Part shown: positions 58,982 through 64,000 of the stretch, piece after piece
Layout of the letters: each line of letters opens with the position of its first letter
Position numbering within the stretch: the stretch's first letter is position 1
IMG/VR virus record: IMGVR_UViG_3300009678_000054
Coordinates: 35,854-99,853 of that record
Length of the DNA: 64,000 bases
Source: a virus
Taxonomy: Duplodnaviria > Heunggongvirae > Uroviricota > Caudoviricetes
Direction: 5' to 3' (one strand)
Notes under the pieces: generated by a model
The model's database searches: none
What the model was told of the DNA's origin: nothing
Seen by the model: the letters and a program-made list of their open reading frames with translations, nothing else
Program-made: the position numbers and the translations under genes

Positions 58982-59329
58982 CTATGCTTTCTTCAAAGCA
59001 TTCGTAATTTGATCTTTATACTCTGCTCTTGAACTTATAATGTTCGGCAGCTTAATATTAATAACCTGATAAAAATCACGTAAATATTTGGCCACTTCTG
59101 AAGGTGGCATACCTTCGAGTGGTCCAATACTGATAATATCAGGTTTAAATTGTGTGAGATAGGCTATAAATTCTTCTTTTGTCCGGGCAATATCCCAGTA
59201 ATGGTTCTTGTAAATCGAACCGCCTAACACTCTAAAAAGTGTCTTCTGTGTGAGTTCTTTATGAATGAGCAATCTATTCATTCGGGCTGCAATATTACGA
59301 AATAATATCGAGATTACAAAATTTTGCAA
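58982..59329 (-). CDS. hypothetical protein (115 aa)
   Basis: ORF. The start region overlaps the AT-rich repeat family at 59321-59385, so the real start may be an internal Met. Confidence 0.35.
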   Translation of the reverse strand: MQNFVISILFRNIAARMNRLLIHKELTQKTLFRVLGGSIYKNHYWDIARTKEEFIAYLTQFKPDIISIGPLEGMPPSEVAKYLRDFYQVINIKLPNIISSRAEYKDQITNALKKA

Positions 59330-59382
59330 TCAAAAAATTTTATAATTGCAAATTGTAATCATTTTTGCAAATAAAAAAAGCC

Positions 59383-59412
59383 CGATGAAAATTATCATCG
59401 AGCTTGATTGTA
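59383..59412 (-). terminator. rho-independent terminator (minus strand) after tRNA-Trp
   Basis: Hairpin cgatgaaaattatcatcg. On the minus strand it is followed by GGCTTTTTTTAT. Confidence 0.55.
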
Positions 59413-59416
59413 ATTG

Positions 59417-59488
59417 CACGCACTGATGGATTCGAACCACCAACTTCGGTTTTGGAGACCATTGTTTTACCGTTGCTACTAAGCACGT
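59417..59488 (-). tRNA. tRNA-Trp (anticodon CCA)
   Basis: Cloverleaf folded by hand. Acceptor ACGTGCT/AGTGCGT, anticodon loop CUCCAAA, T-arm GGTGG-TTCGAAT-CCATC. Confidence 0.7.
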
Positions 59489-59729
59489 ATAATCACATTT
59501 TGTCTTCCCTAAAGGAATTGCACCCTTGTTTCCGGGTTCGTAGCCCGGTGTACTGTCTGCTGTACTAAAGGAAGTGGGGTGATAGGACGATACTGCCTCG
59601 TCTTCTTCATGTTCACAGCATGACGCTTCACTTTAAAGCTTCAACCACAGAACCCAGTCGTGGTACTGCCCCACGTTCCCATGCTTCAAAGGCAAGTATA
59701 ATACTTTTATACTACCTGGGTTTATAAAG

Positions 59730-59800
59730 TTTCCATCCATTGAATCGAACAACATCCTGGTGGGTCAGAGCCACCCGTACTACCGTTATACGAGACGGAA
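59730..59800 (-). tRNA. tRNA-Gln (anticodon CTG)
   Basis: Acceptor TTCCGTC/GATGGAA with U1:A72 (typical of bacterial tRNA-Gln). Anticodon stem GGTGG/CCACC with loop CTCTGAC. T-loop TTCGATT. Confidence 0.65.
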
Positions 59801-59987
59801 ATTTGCAATTTGCGAATTGCGAAATGTGTGCAAAGTTGGTTCTGCCCCAACTCCCCCGGATTTTCAGTCCGGTGCTTCTACTAAGTTAGCTTCATGCACA
59901 AGCTCCGAATTTTGCTCCATCGACTTCTACGATGACTCACTTCTCCCCAATGGAAGGTGAGCGGTGTATTACATTCGGCAACCGATG

Positions 59988-60071
59988 AGCCTTGTGTAGG
60001 ATTCAAACCTACGATGACGTTACCGTGTCTGTTTACAAAACAGGTCCAATCGTTCGCTATGGGAACAAGGC
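59988..60071 (-). tRNA. atypical tRNA (84 nt): best fold gives anticodon UGU (Thr) but with a 15-nt class-II-like extra arm
   Basis: Perfect 7-bp acceptor GCCTTGT/ACAAGGC. T-arm GTAGG-TTTGAAT-CCTAC. Anticodon region CCTGT-TTTGTAA-ACAGA, alternatively a 6-bp perfect stem CTGTTT/AAACAG with a 3-nt loop. Confidence 0.45.
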
Positions 60072-60135
60072 ATAAACCCTTTCTGTGCTTGCCGGACTAA
60101 CTACGCCGTTCTATGAAAGAGAAACAGTCTCCAAC

Positions 60136-60210
60136 GTCAGGAATGTCAGCGTCGAACTGACCTGTCCATGATTCCAAGTCACGGATGCCTAAGCCCCCGG
60201 TCAATTCCTG
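60136..60210 (-). tRNA. tRNA-Pro (anticodon TGG)
   Basis: Acceptor CAGGAAT/ATTCCTG (perfect). Anticodon stem CGTGA/TCATG with loop CTTGGAA. T-arm GTCAG-TTCGACG-CTGAC. Confidence 0.7.
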
Positions 60211-60250
60211 AAAATAAAAAACCCCCTCGTGGACACCGAGAGGGTTAGTA
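60211..60250 (-). terminator. rho-independent terminator (minus strand) abutting the 5' end of tRNA-Pro
   Basis: Hairpin ccctctcggtgtccacgaggggg. On the minus strand it is followed by TTTTTTATTTT, immediately before the tRNA-Pro 5' end. Confidence 0.55.
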
Positions 60251-60354
60251 TAACGTGAAAAGCAGAAAACTATGAATTAGTCACGTACACGCAGCCCTCT
60301 CATGCCTTGCGGCTGAGGTTGCCAAAATCGTGTATGGGTCGTGAACATTTTCAT

Positions 60355-60420
60355 GAACTGCAATATTACAACAATTTTTGAAATCAACAAATTTTATAAT
60401 CAAATTTGATGATATTTTTT
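60355..60420 (-). promoter_or_regulatory. AT-rich repeated element (copy B); promoter candidate within the tRNA array
   Basis: See copy A (53101-53175). About 65 nt with shared blocks ATTACAACAATTTTTG and TAATCAAA..TGaTGATATTT. Confidence 0.4.
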
Positions 60421-60422
60421 GT

Positions 60423-60503
60423 TGCCCAGGCAGGAATCGAACCTACATAGCCGAAGGCGAGGGTTTTACAGACCCCTGATTTAGCCAATTTACCATCTGT
60501 GCA
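60423..60503 (-). tRNA. tRNA-Tyr (anticodon GTA), class II
   Basis: Anticodon arm GGGGT-CTGTAAA-ACCCT (bacterial Tyr loop CUGUAAA). Extra arm CGCCTTCGGC. T-arm GTAGG-TTCGATT-CCTGC. Acceptor TGCACAG/CTGGGCA (one mismatch). Confidence 0.65.
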
Positions 60504-60541
60504 ATATTATGCGGAGATTAATAAGTCTATTCTCCGCACTG

Positions 60542-60630
60542 CGGAAGCAAAAGGATTCGAACCTTCGGACCGGGTTACCCCGATCTCTACTTTAGCAAAG
60601 TAGCGCAATAAACCTCTCTACCATGCTTCC
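60542..60630 (-). tRNA. tRNA-Ser (anticodon GCT), class II
   Basis: Acceptor GGAAGCA/TGCTTCC. Anticodon CTACT-TTGCTAA-AGTAG. Long extra arm AGATCGGGGTAACCCGGTCCG. T-loop TTCGAAT. Confidence 0.75.
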
Positions 60631-60633
60631 ATG

Positions 60634-60721
60634 CGGAGAACCAGGGACTCGAACCCCGAACACGCTTGCGGCGTGCTACCTGTTTTCAAGACAGGCCCTT
60701 CGTCCAGTACAGACGCTCTCC
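60634..60721 (-). tRNA. tRNA-Ser (anticodon TGA), class II
   Basis: Acceptor GGAGAGC/GTTCTCC. Anticodon CCTGT-CTTGAAA-ACAGG. Extra arm TAGCACGCCGCAAGCGTGTT. T-arm CGGGG-TTCGAGT-CCCTG. Confidence 0.75.
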
Positions 60722-60725
60722 ATTG

Positions 60726-60805
60726 TCACCCACCCAGGAGTCGAACCTGGAAAAGCTGCGGGTTTAAGCCGCTTAACTGTGCCAATTTGCATAAGCCAGT
60801 GGGCG
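60726..60805 (-). tRNA. atypical tRNA-like gene (80 nt), anticodon loop CTTAAAC (UAA, Leu-type) with an extended ~25-nt D region and short variable region
   Basis: Acceptor CGCCCAC/GTGGGTG. T-arm CCAGG-TTCGACT-CCTGG. Anticodon stem GCGG/CCGC. The D region TGGCTTATGCAAATTGGCACAG is shared with the paralogue at 60931-61010. Confidence 0.45.
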
Positions 60806-60839
60806 ATATAGACAACTTGTCTAAATTGTGTCTAAATTG

Positions 60840-60927
60840 TACGGGTAGAGGGATTCGAACCCCCACGCTACTATTATTTCGCCTCTGATTCTAAGTCAGA
60901 GTTGACTACCAATTCCAGCATACCCGC
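60840..60927 (-). tRNA. tRNA-Leu (anticodon TAG), class II
   Basis: Anticodon arm CTCTGA-CTTAGAA-TCAGAG. Extra arm GCGAAATAATAGTAGCGT. T-arm GGGGG-TTCGAAT-CCCTC. Acceptor GCGGGTA/TACCCGT. Confidence 0.65.
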
Positions 60928-60930
60928 ATG

Positions 60931-61010
60931 TACCTCTGAGTGGAGTCGAACCACCAAAAGCTCAGGTTTTGAATCTGTTAGCTGTACCAATTTACATAAG
61001 CCACAGAGGT
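60931..61010 (-). tRNA. atypical tRNA-like gene (80 nt), paralogue of 60726-60805; anticodon region CAG-ATTCAAAAC-CTG (contains UCA and CAA; assignment ambiguous)
   Basis: Perfect acceptor ACCTCTG/CAGAGGT. T-arm GGTGG-TTCGACT-CCACT. D region TGGCTTATGTAAATTGGTACAG is near-identical to the paralogue. Confidence 0.4.
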
Positions 61011-61038
61011 ATAAAAACAAAAAACCCCGGATGAAAAC
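61004..61038 (-). terminator. rho-independent terminator (minus strand) downstream of the CPBP gene
   Basis: Hairpin ccccggatgaaaacatccagggtg. On the minus strand it is followed by TTTTTTGTTTTTAT. Confidence 0.55.
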
Positions 61039-61230
61039 ATCCAGGGTGTAAGATCGTATTAACTGAAAAATGTTACGATATAAACATACTATCCCCGGAC
61101 GCTGCGTACAACGACAAACTGAGATAATATGAGGATAATCGTTTCATCTTTGATAATTAGAAACTGCACCATGCCGTGCAGTCGGTCCGGTAATACTATT
61201 ACCAGAGGGGTTTAAGCAATGCAAACATAC

Positions 61231-61254
61231 GAAAAAAAATCGAGACTACCAAAT
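61231..61254. repeat. 24-nt direct repeat gaaaaaaaatcgagactaccaaat (copy 2)
   Basis: Identical to 58418-58441. Immediately 3' of the CPBP gene. Confidence 0.6.
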
Positions 61255-61728
61255 CGTAATTTTAATTCCGTAATTTGATACAATGGTAGGGAAAACAAAT
61301 GTCAAAGAAAAATTCCAAAGAAAATGCAGGAAGGTTGAAGACCAGTAGCTATAATTGTTCTTGAGATATACCCAGGAAAATAGTAGTCCACCAACTCCTT
61401 GAATCAATAAACTGATCGGTCCAGAACCATGACCCCATCCGAAAATAACTGAGCTTATTATGATAATAGGCCATGTTACATCTCTACCCGGTTTGCTAAA
61501 TCTTTTAGCAATTAGTAGCGGAGCGTGTCGAAAAGCAAGTTCTTCCCATAAAGGGGCAAAAATACAAGAAAAGAAAAAAATACCAATTGGGGTGAGCGAG
61601 TAACCTCCATACGGACTAAAGGACGTTACAGCCTTCAAACCTTTGATAATGAGAAATAACCAGAGAATAGAAACAGAAAATGCAGCGAAGATAACAATTA
61701 GCTTAGAAACGAATTTGGGAAGATTCAT
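61246..61728 (-). CDS. CPBP/CAAX-protease family intramembrane metalloprotease (Abi-type), 160 aa
   Basis: Multi-pass membrane protein with the three CPBP motifs: EExxxR (WEELAFRH), FxxxH (FGWGHG) and HxxxN (HFLWNFS). Confidence 0.6.
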   Translation of the reverse strand: MNLPKFVSKLIVIFAAFSVSILWLFLIIKGLKAVTSFSPYGGYSLTPIGIFFFSCIFAPLWEELAFRHAPLLIAKRFSKPGRDVTWPIIIISSVIFGWGHGSGPISLLIQGVGGLLFSWVYLKNNYSYWSSTFLHFLWNFSLTFVFPTIVSNYGIKITIW

Positions 61729-61791
61729 TATTTAACTGTTTAGGGATGAACGATACAGTAATATAATGAAAATAAATGACAAAACCAAATA

Positions 61792-61869
61792 TGGTGGACC
61801 AGGTGGGAATCGAACCCACTTCACGCTGCTTGCAAAGCAGCATCGCTGTGCCTTAGAACATGCCAGCCC
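61792..61869 (-). tRNA. tRNA-Ala (anticodon TGC), 3' CCA encoded
   Basis: Acceptor GGGCTGG/CTGGTCC with the G3:U70 Ala identity pair. Anticodon GCTGC-TTTGCAA-GCAGC. T-arm GTGGG-TTCGATT-CCCAC. Terminal ACCA. Confidence 0.7.
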
Positions 61870-62149
61870 ATAAAAACGAGGAAATAGATTTTCACTAACC
61901 CGATTTAGCGGCCTCGTTGTTGGCATTCCTGGTACTGCCCCAGGCTTTTCAGCTTATCAGGCTGACGTGCTGACTAATCTACTAAACGCCAATGATAACA
62001 GCAGGATTTGCCAGATGGATTTACACTTTCGTTACCTAGCCAGCATCCATTCACTGTTATTGTTGACTCTGCTGGACCTGCACCAGCACCCTGCACATTA
62101 TGAGTGTGCTGCTCCGCTATTTGAGCTAAGAGTCAATAGAATCATGATA

Positions 62150-62232
62150 TTGCACCTGCCCGAACCGGAATCGAACCGATTCAGTTGGGGACTCGAACCC
62201 CGCCTCACATGATAACCGTCCAACGGTAAGCT
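62150..62232 (-). pseudogene. tRNA-like remnant with two tandem T-arm-like hairpins; no consistent acceptor pairing
   Basis: CGGGG-TTCGAGT-CCCCA and ATCGG-TTCGATT-CCGGT lie within 40 nt of each other. I could not fold a complete cloverleaf. Confidence 0.3.
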
Positions 62233-62234
62233 TG

Positions 62235-62308
62235 TCGAAACGATGAGAATCGAACTCACCCCGACCTGGATTGACAATCCAGCGATTACACCAGTAAACT
62301 GCGCTTCG
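62235..62308 (-). tRNA. tRNA-Asp (anticodon GTC)
   Basis: Acceptor CGAAGCG/CGTTTCG. Anticodon CTGGA-TTGTCAA-TCCAG. T-arm GTGAG-TTCGATT-CTCAT. Confidence 0.7.
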
Positions 62309-62314
62309 ATATAG

Positions 62315-62390
62315 TACTGATTACGGAGATCGAATCCGTATTTTTGGGTTGAAAGCCCAACGTCCTAAGTCCAGTTTAGACGAAACCAGC
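62315..62390 (-). tRNA. tRNA-Glu (anticodon TTC)
   Basis: Anticodon TTGGG-CTTTCAA-CCCAA. D-arm TCGTCTA..AGGAC resembles E. coli tRNA-Glu. T-arm ACGGA-TTCGATC-TCCGT. Confidence 0.65.
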
Positions 62391-62435
62391 AGGTCTCGCC
62401 TTCTTCTGTTAAAGTTGACATATAAAAAGTTTAAG

Positions 62436-62508
62436 AGCGACAAGACAGAATCGAACTGTCATCCCCAACTTGGCAAGCTGGTTTAATGAGCCATTATACG
62501 ATTGTCGC
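62436..62508 (-). tRNA. tRNA-Gly (anticodon GCC)
   Basis: Perfect acceptor GCGACAA/TTGTCGC. Anticodon CCAGC-TTGCCAA-GTTGG. T-arm GACAG-TTCGATT-CTGTC. Confidence 0.75.
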
Positions 62509-62536
62509 ATAAAAAGGATACCAGGGCTACGTGTTT

Positions 62537-62770
62537 CTATTGTTCCTGTTCCTGATCTTCGCTAAATCCTTTTATAATTTTCAAAATATCTTTCGATGTT
62601 ACTGTAACGCATTTTCCTGCGATTTCAGCTACCCTTTTTTTCGGGATGTCGTAGTGATCTCGGTGAAACCAACACCTCTTAATCCCTAAATCTAGTGCCA
62701 TAGCGTGCAAATTAGCTATGGAGTACGGAATGCAGACCAGGTGTTGCTTATTATCGCAGTAATAAGTCAC
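62537..62770 (-). CDS. small conserved hypothetical protein (77 aa)
   Basis: ORF between tRNA genes. Contains H..C..H..C pattern (CIPYSIANLHAMALDLGIKRCWFHRDHYDIP). Confidence 0.4.
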   Translation of the reverse strand: MTYYCDNKQHLVCIPYSIANLHAMALDLGIKRCWFHRDHYDIPKKRVAEIAGKCVTVTSKDILKIIKGFSEDQEQEQ

Positions 62771-63078
62771 TTTAATCCGGTTCTCAGTATCAGCGTATCT
62801 TTGTAATTACAAACTGCATTTCCGTGCCAATCAACTCTATTACAAAAAAATATTACCATTCTATTTCCATCAGGTAGAGGAATTTCACCTCTGCTATCTT
62901 GCATGATTGTATGTTTACTCCATCCATTACCACATCTTACTCTACCCATTGAGTAACAGCTTGTAAATAAAAACAAAAATAATACGCTAAACTTGCCCAT
63001 ATAAAATTTTAAGAGCGATACTTCGGATTCGAACCGAAACGTCCAGTTTGGAAGACTGGTGTGCTGGCCATTAAACAC
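62767..63078 (-). CDS. small secreted/lipoprotein-like protein (103 aa)
   Basis: Signal-peptide-like segment KFSVLFLFLFTSCYSMG after a short N-terminal region. Overlaps the downstream ORF by 4 nt. Confidence 0.4.
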   Translation of the reverse strand: MFNGQHTSLPNWTFRFESEVSLLKFYMGKFSVLFLFLFTSCYSMGRVRCGNGWSKHTIMQDSRGEIPLPDGNRMVIFFCNRVDWHGNAVCNYKDTLILRTGLK

Positions 63079-63087
63079 CAGTAACGC
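63014..63087 (-). tRNA. tRNA-Gly (anticodon TCC)
   Basis: Anticodon CCAGT-CTTCCAA-ACTGG. T-arm TTCGG-TTCGAAT-CCGAA. Acceptor GCGTTAC/GTATCGC (one mismatch). Overlaps the 5' end of ORF 62767..63078, so that ORF's start is doubtful. Confidence 0.6.
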
Positions 63088-63092
63088 TTATG

Positions 63093-63184
63093 TTGCGGCA
63101 GTGGGATTCGAACCCACGATGGTAAGGTATGCACCTAATTTCAGGTTATGAGCCTGATGAGGTCGGCCACTGCTCCACACCGCA
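63093..63184 (-). tRNA. atypical tRNA (92 nt): anticodon CAU (Met/Ile2-type) with a ~23-nt class-II-like extra arm
   Basis: Acceptor TGCGGTG/TGCCGCA. Perfect anticodon arm TCAGG-CTCATAA-CCTGA. Extra arm AATTAGGTGCATACCTTACCATC (stem AGGT/ACCT). T-arm GTGGG-TTCGAAT-CCCAC. Confidence 0.45.
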
Positions 63185-63197
63185 ATGTAGCTGTAGG

Positions 63198-63341
63198 GGT
63201 AGGATTTGAACCTACATAAGGGGATTTAATTTGATACACAAGCAAGTTTATACATTAGTGGTCAACCCGATTATATCAAATCTATTTCCTGGTCCTCGTC
63301 CACGAGACAAGTGGATGCGTTTGCCAATTTCGCCACCCTAC
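63198..63341 (-). ncRNA. structured RNA candidate with a tRNA-like 3' end (T-arm plus acceptor), whose 7-nt acceptor complement lies 144 nt upstream
   Basis: 3' end GTAGG-TTCAAAT-CCTAC-CCCTACA. A perfect complement TGTAGGG lies at 63334-63340. I could not fold a canonical 75-nt tRNA from the proximal sequence. Confidence 0.3.
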
Positions 63342-63541
63342 AAAGTTTCAAAACACTTGTCGCAAAGACAAATTGTTTTTGATATTTTTTTAAAAGAAGT
63401 ATATAAAAGGTTACTAAAAGTCTGGTCACCTTCTGTAGCATCTAGTTCTTCCAAAGAATCAATTTTTACAACTTTAACCTGATTGTAGTTACCGTCCGTA
63501 ATTGATACAACTTTTTTACATTTTATACAAGTATCTTTCAT
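63338..63541 (-). CDS. small zinc-ribbon protein (67 aa)
   Basis: CxxC ... CxC..C pattern (CIKCKK ... CLCDKC). Confidence 0.35.
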   Translation of the reverse strand: MKDTCIKCKKVVSITDGNYNQVKVVKIDSLEELDATEGDQTFSNLLYTSFKKISKTICLCDKCFETL

Positions 63542-63596
63542 GTCCTAAATATAGCATAAATATAGGACATTTCCAAATTTTAAAAGAACTTTTTTG

Positions 63597-63683
63597 AGGG
63601 CAGTGTAGGATTTGAACCTACGTGAACGGTACTCCCGCCTTGAAGTTAACAGCTTCCTGCTCTGGCCTCTGAGCTAACCACCC
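63597..63683 (-). tRNA. atypical tRNA (87 nt): anticodon GUU (Asn) with a ~19-nt class-II-like extra arm
   Basis: Acceptor GGGTGGT/ACTGCCC. Canonical D-arm GCTC-AGAGGCCA-GAGC. Anticodon GGAAG-CTGTTAA-CTTCA (Asn-type loop CUGUUAA). Extra region AGGCGGGAGTACCGTTCAC. T-arm GTAGG-TTCAAAT-CCTAC. Confidence 0.45.
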
Positions 63684-63789
63684 TTAATGTTGGTTGTAGC
63701 CAACAAATTGTATGTTTTTGTTTGTTATAACCAATGTTAAATATAATGAACAAAAACCCGGTGTTTTGTCAATTATATTTAACGTTGTT

Positions 63790-63860
63790 TTCCTGAGAGG
63801 ATTCGAAACCCTGCCTAGCAATTTAGAAAAATGTGATGCTATCCACTACACCACAGGAAA
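63790..63860 (-). tRNA. tRNA-like gene, anticodon undetermined (irregular anticodon and T-arm pairing)
   Basis: Perfect 7-bp acceptor pairing TTTCCTG/CAGGAAA and a T-loop TTCGAAT. The putative anticodon region is a 5-bp stem TAGCA/TGCTA enclosing a 16-nt loop. Confidence 0.3.
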
Positions 63861-63861
63861 G

Positions 63862-63933
63862 TACTTCATCCAGGAATTGAACCCGGTACGCACAGGATGT
63901 AAACCTGCCGCTCTGCCGATGAGCTAATAGACT
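63862..63933 (-). tRNA. tRNA-Val-like (anticodon TAC); acceptor stem has two mismatches
   Basis: D-arm GCTC-ATCGGCA-GAGC. Anticodon GCAGG-TTTACAT-CCTGT. T-arm CCGGG-TTCAATT-CCTGG. Acceptor AGTCTAT/ATGAAGT pairs poorly. Confidence 0.45.
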
Positions 63934-63967
63934 ATTTACTCTCGTTTTAAAAACGAGGGCGTTAATT

Positions 63968-64000
63968 ACCTTCGTTCCCCTACCAAGAATCGAACTTAGA
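63968..64000 (-). tRNA. partial tRNA (3' half only; continues beyond the window end)
   Basis: T-loop TTCGATT with flanking stem and acceptor-like 3' strand, truncated by the window edge. Preceded at 63941-63957 by the perfect palindrome ctcgtttt-a-aaaacgag. Confidence 0.35.

Noticed and set aside
59490-59730. Plus-strand T-arm-like hairpin CCGGG-TTCGTAG-CCCGG and CTAAAGGA direct repeats; possible extra tRNA
   Set aside because: The loop lacks the conserved T-loop A58 pattern, and no acceptor or anticodon arms could be built around it on either strand. Left as unexplained local structure.
59760-59960. 66-aa plus-strand ORF in the tRNA region
   Set aside because: It overlaps tRNA-Gln (59730-59800) on the opposite strand and lies in a region dense with RNA genes. 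No coding signal.
60511-60540. 7-bp perfect hairpin GCGGAGA-(13 nt)-TCTCCGC between tRNA-Tyr and tRNA-Ser as a terminator
   Set aside because: No U-tract follows on either strand. More likely a processing or spacer hairpin, so it is not called as a terminator.
61732-61926. 64-aa minus-strand ORF
   Set aside because: It overlaps tRNA-Ala (61792-61869) almost completely. Spurious.
1-64000. CRISPR array or cas genes
   Set aside because: No regularly spaced direct repeats were seen. The repeated elements found are dispersed (24-nt pair, AT-rich promoter-like copies) rather than arrayed.
1-64000. Alternative genetic code / stop-codon reassignment (suggested by a possible UCA-containing tRNA-like gene)
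   Set aside because: All late genes, including 5-7.5-kb ORFs, are open in the standard code with conventional stops and tight operon packing. There is no sign of in-frame TGA/TAG read-through being required within this window.

Overview
This window is a phage or prophage late region, probably from a Bacteroidetes-type podovirus or crAss-like phage, though I could not confirm that assignment. One strand carries almost everything. Reading the minus strand from high to low coordinates: a small early-like cassette (SPFH protein, secreted protein, Zn-finger protein), then candidate small terminase, large terminase (Walker A/B), portal, acidic scaffold, major capsid, a tail-fibre / receptor-binding cluster with paralogous modules, a single-gene HTH-metallophosphoesterase unit bracketed by two rho-independent terminators, a 26.5 kb block of six giant ORFs (544 to 2508 aa), and finally a lysis cassette (M15 endolysin, holin-like membrane proteins, esterase). 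The giant block includes a polyvalent-type protein with methyltransferase and HExxH zincin motifs, and a protein with lytic-transglycosylase-like and L,D-transpeptidase-like motifs. The 5' end of the window carries the C-terminal part of recA on the plus strand. The last 4.6 kb (59.4 to 64 kb) is a dense minus-strand tRNA array of about 20 genes, several with non-canonical architecture, interrupted by a CPBP/CAAX-protease (Abi-family) gene. A 700-nt ORF-free palindrome-rich region precedes it. There is no CRISPR array, no reverse transcriptase and no rRNA. The long ORFs are intact under the standard genetic code. All calls come from reading the sequence and motifs by eye; no database search was possible.
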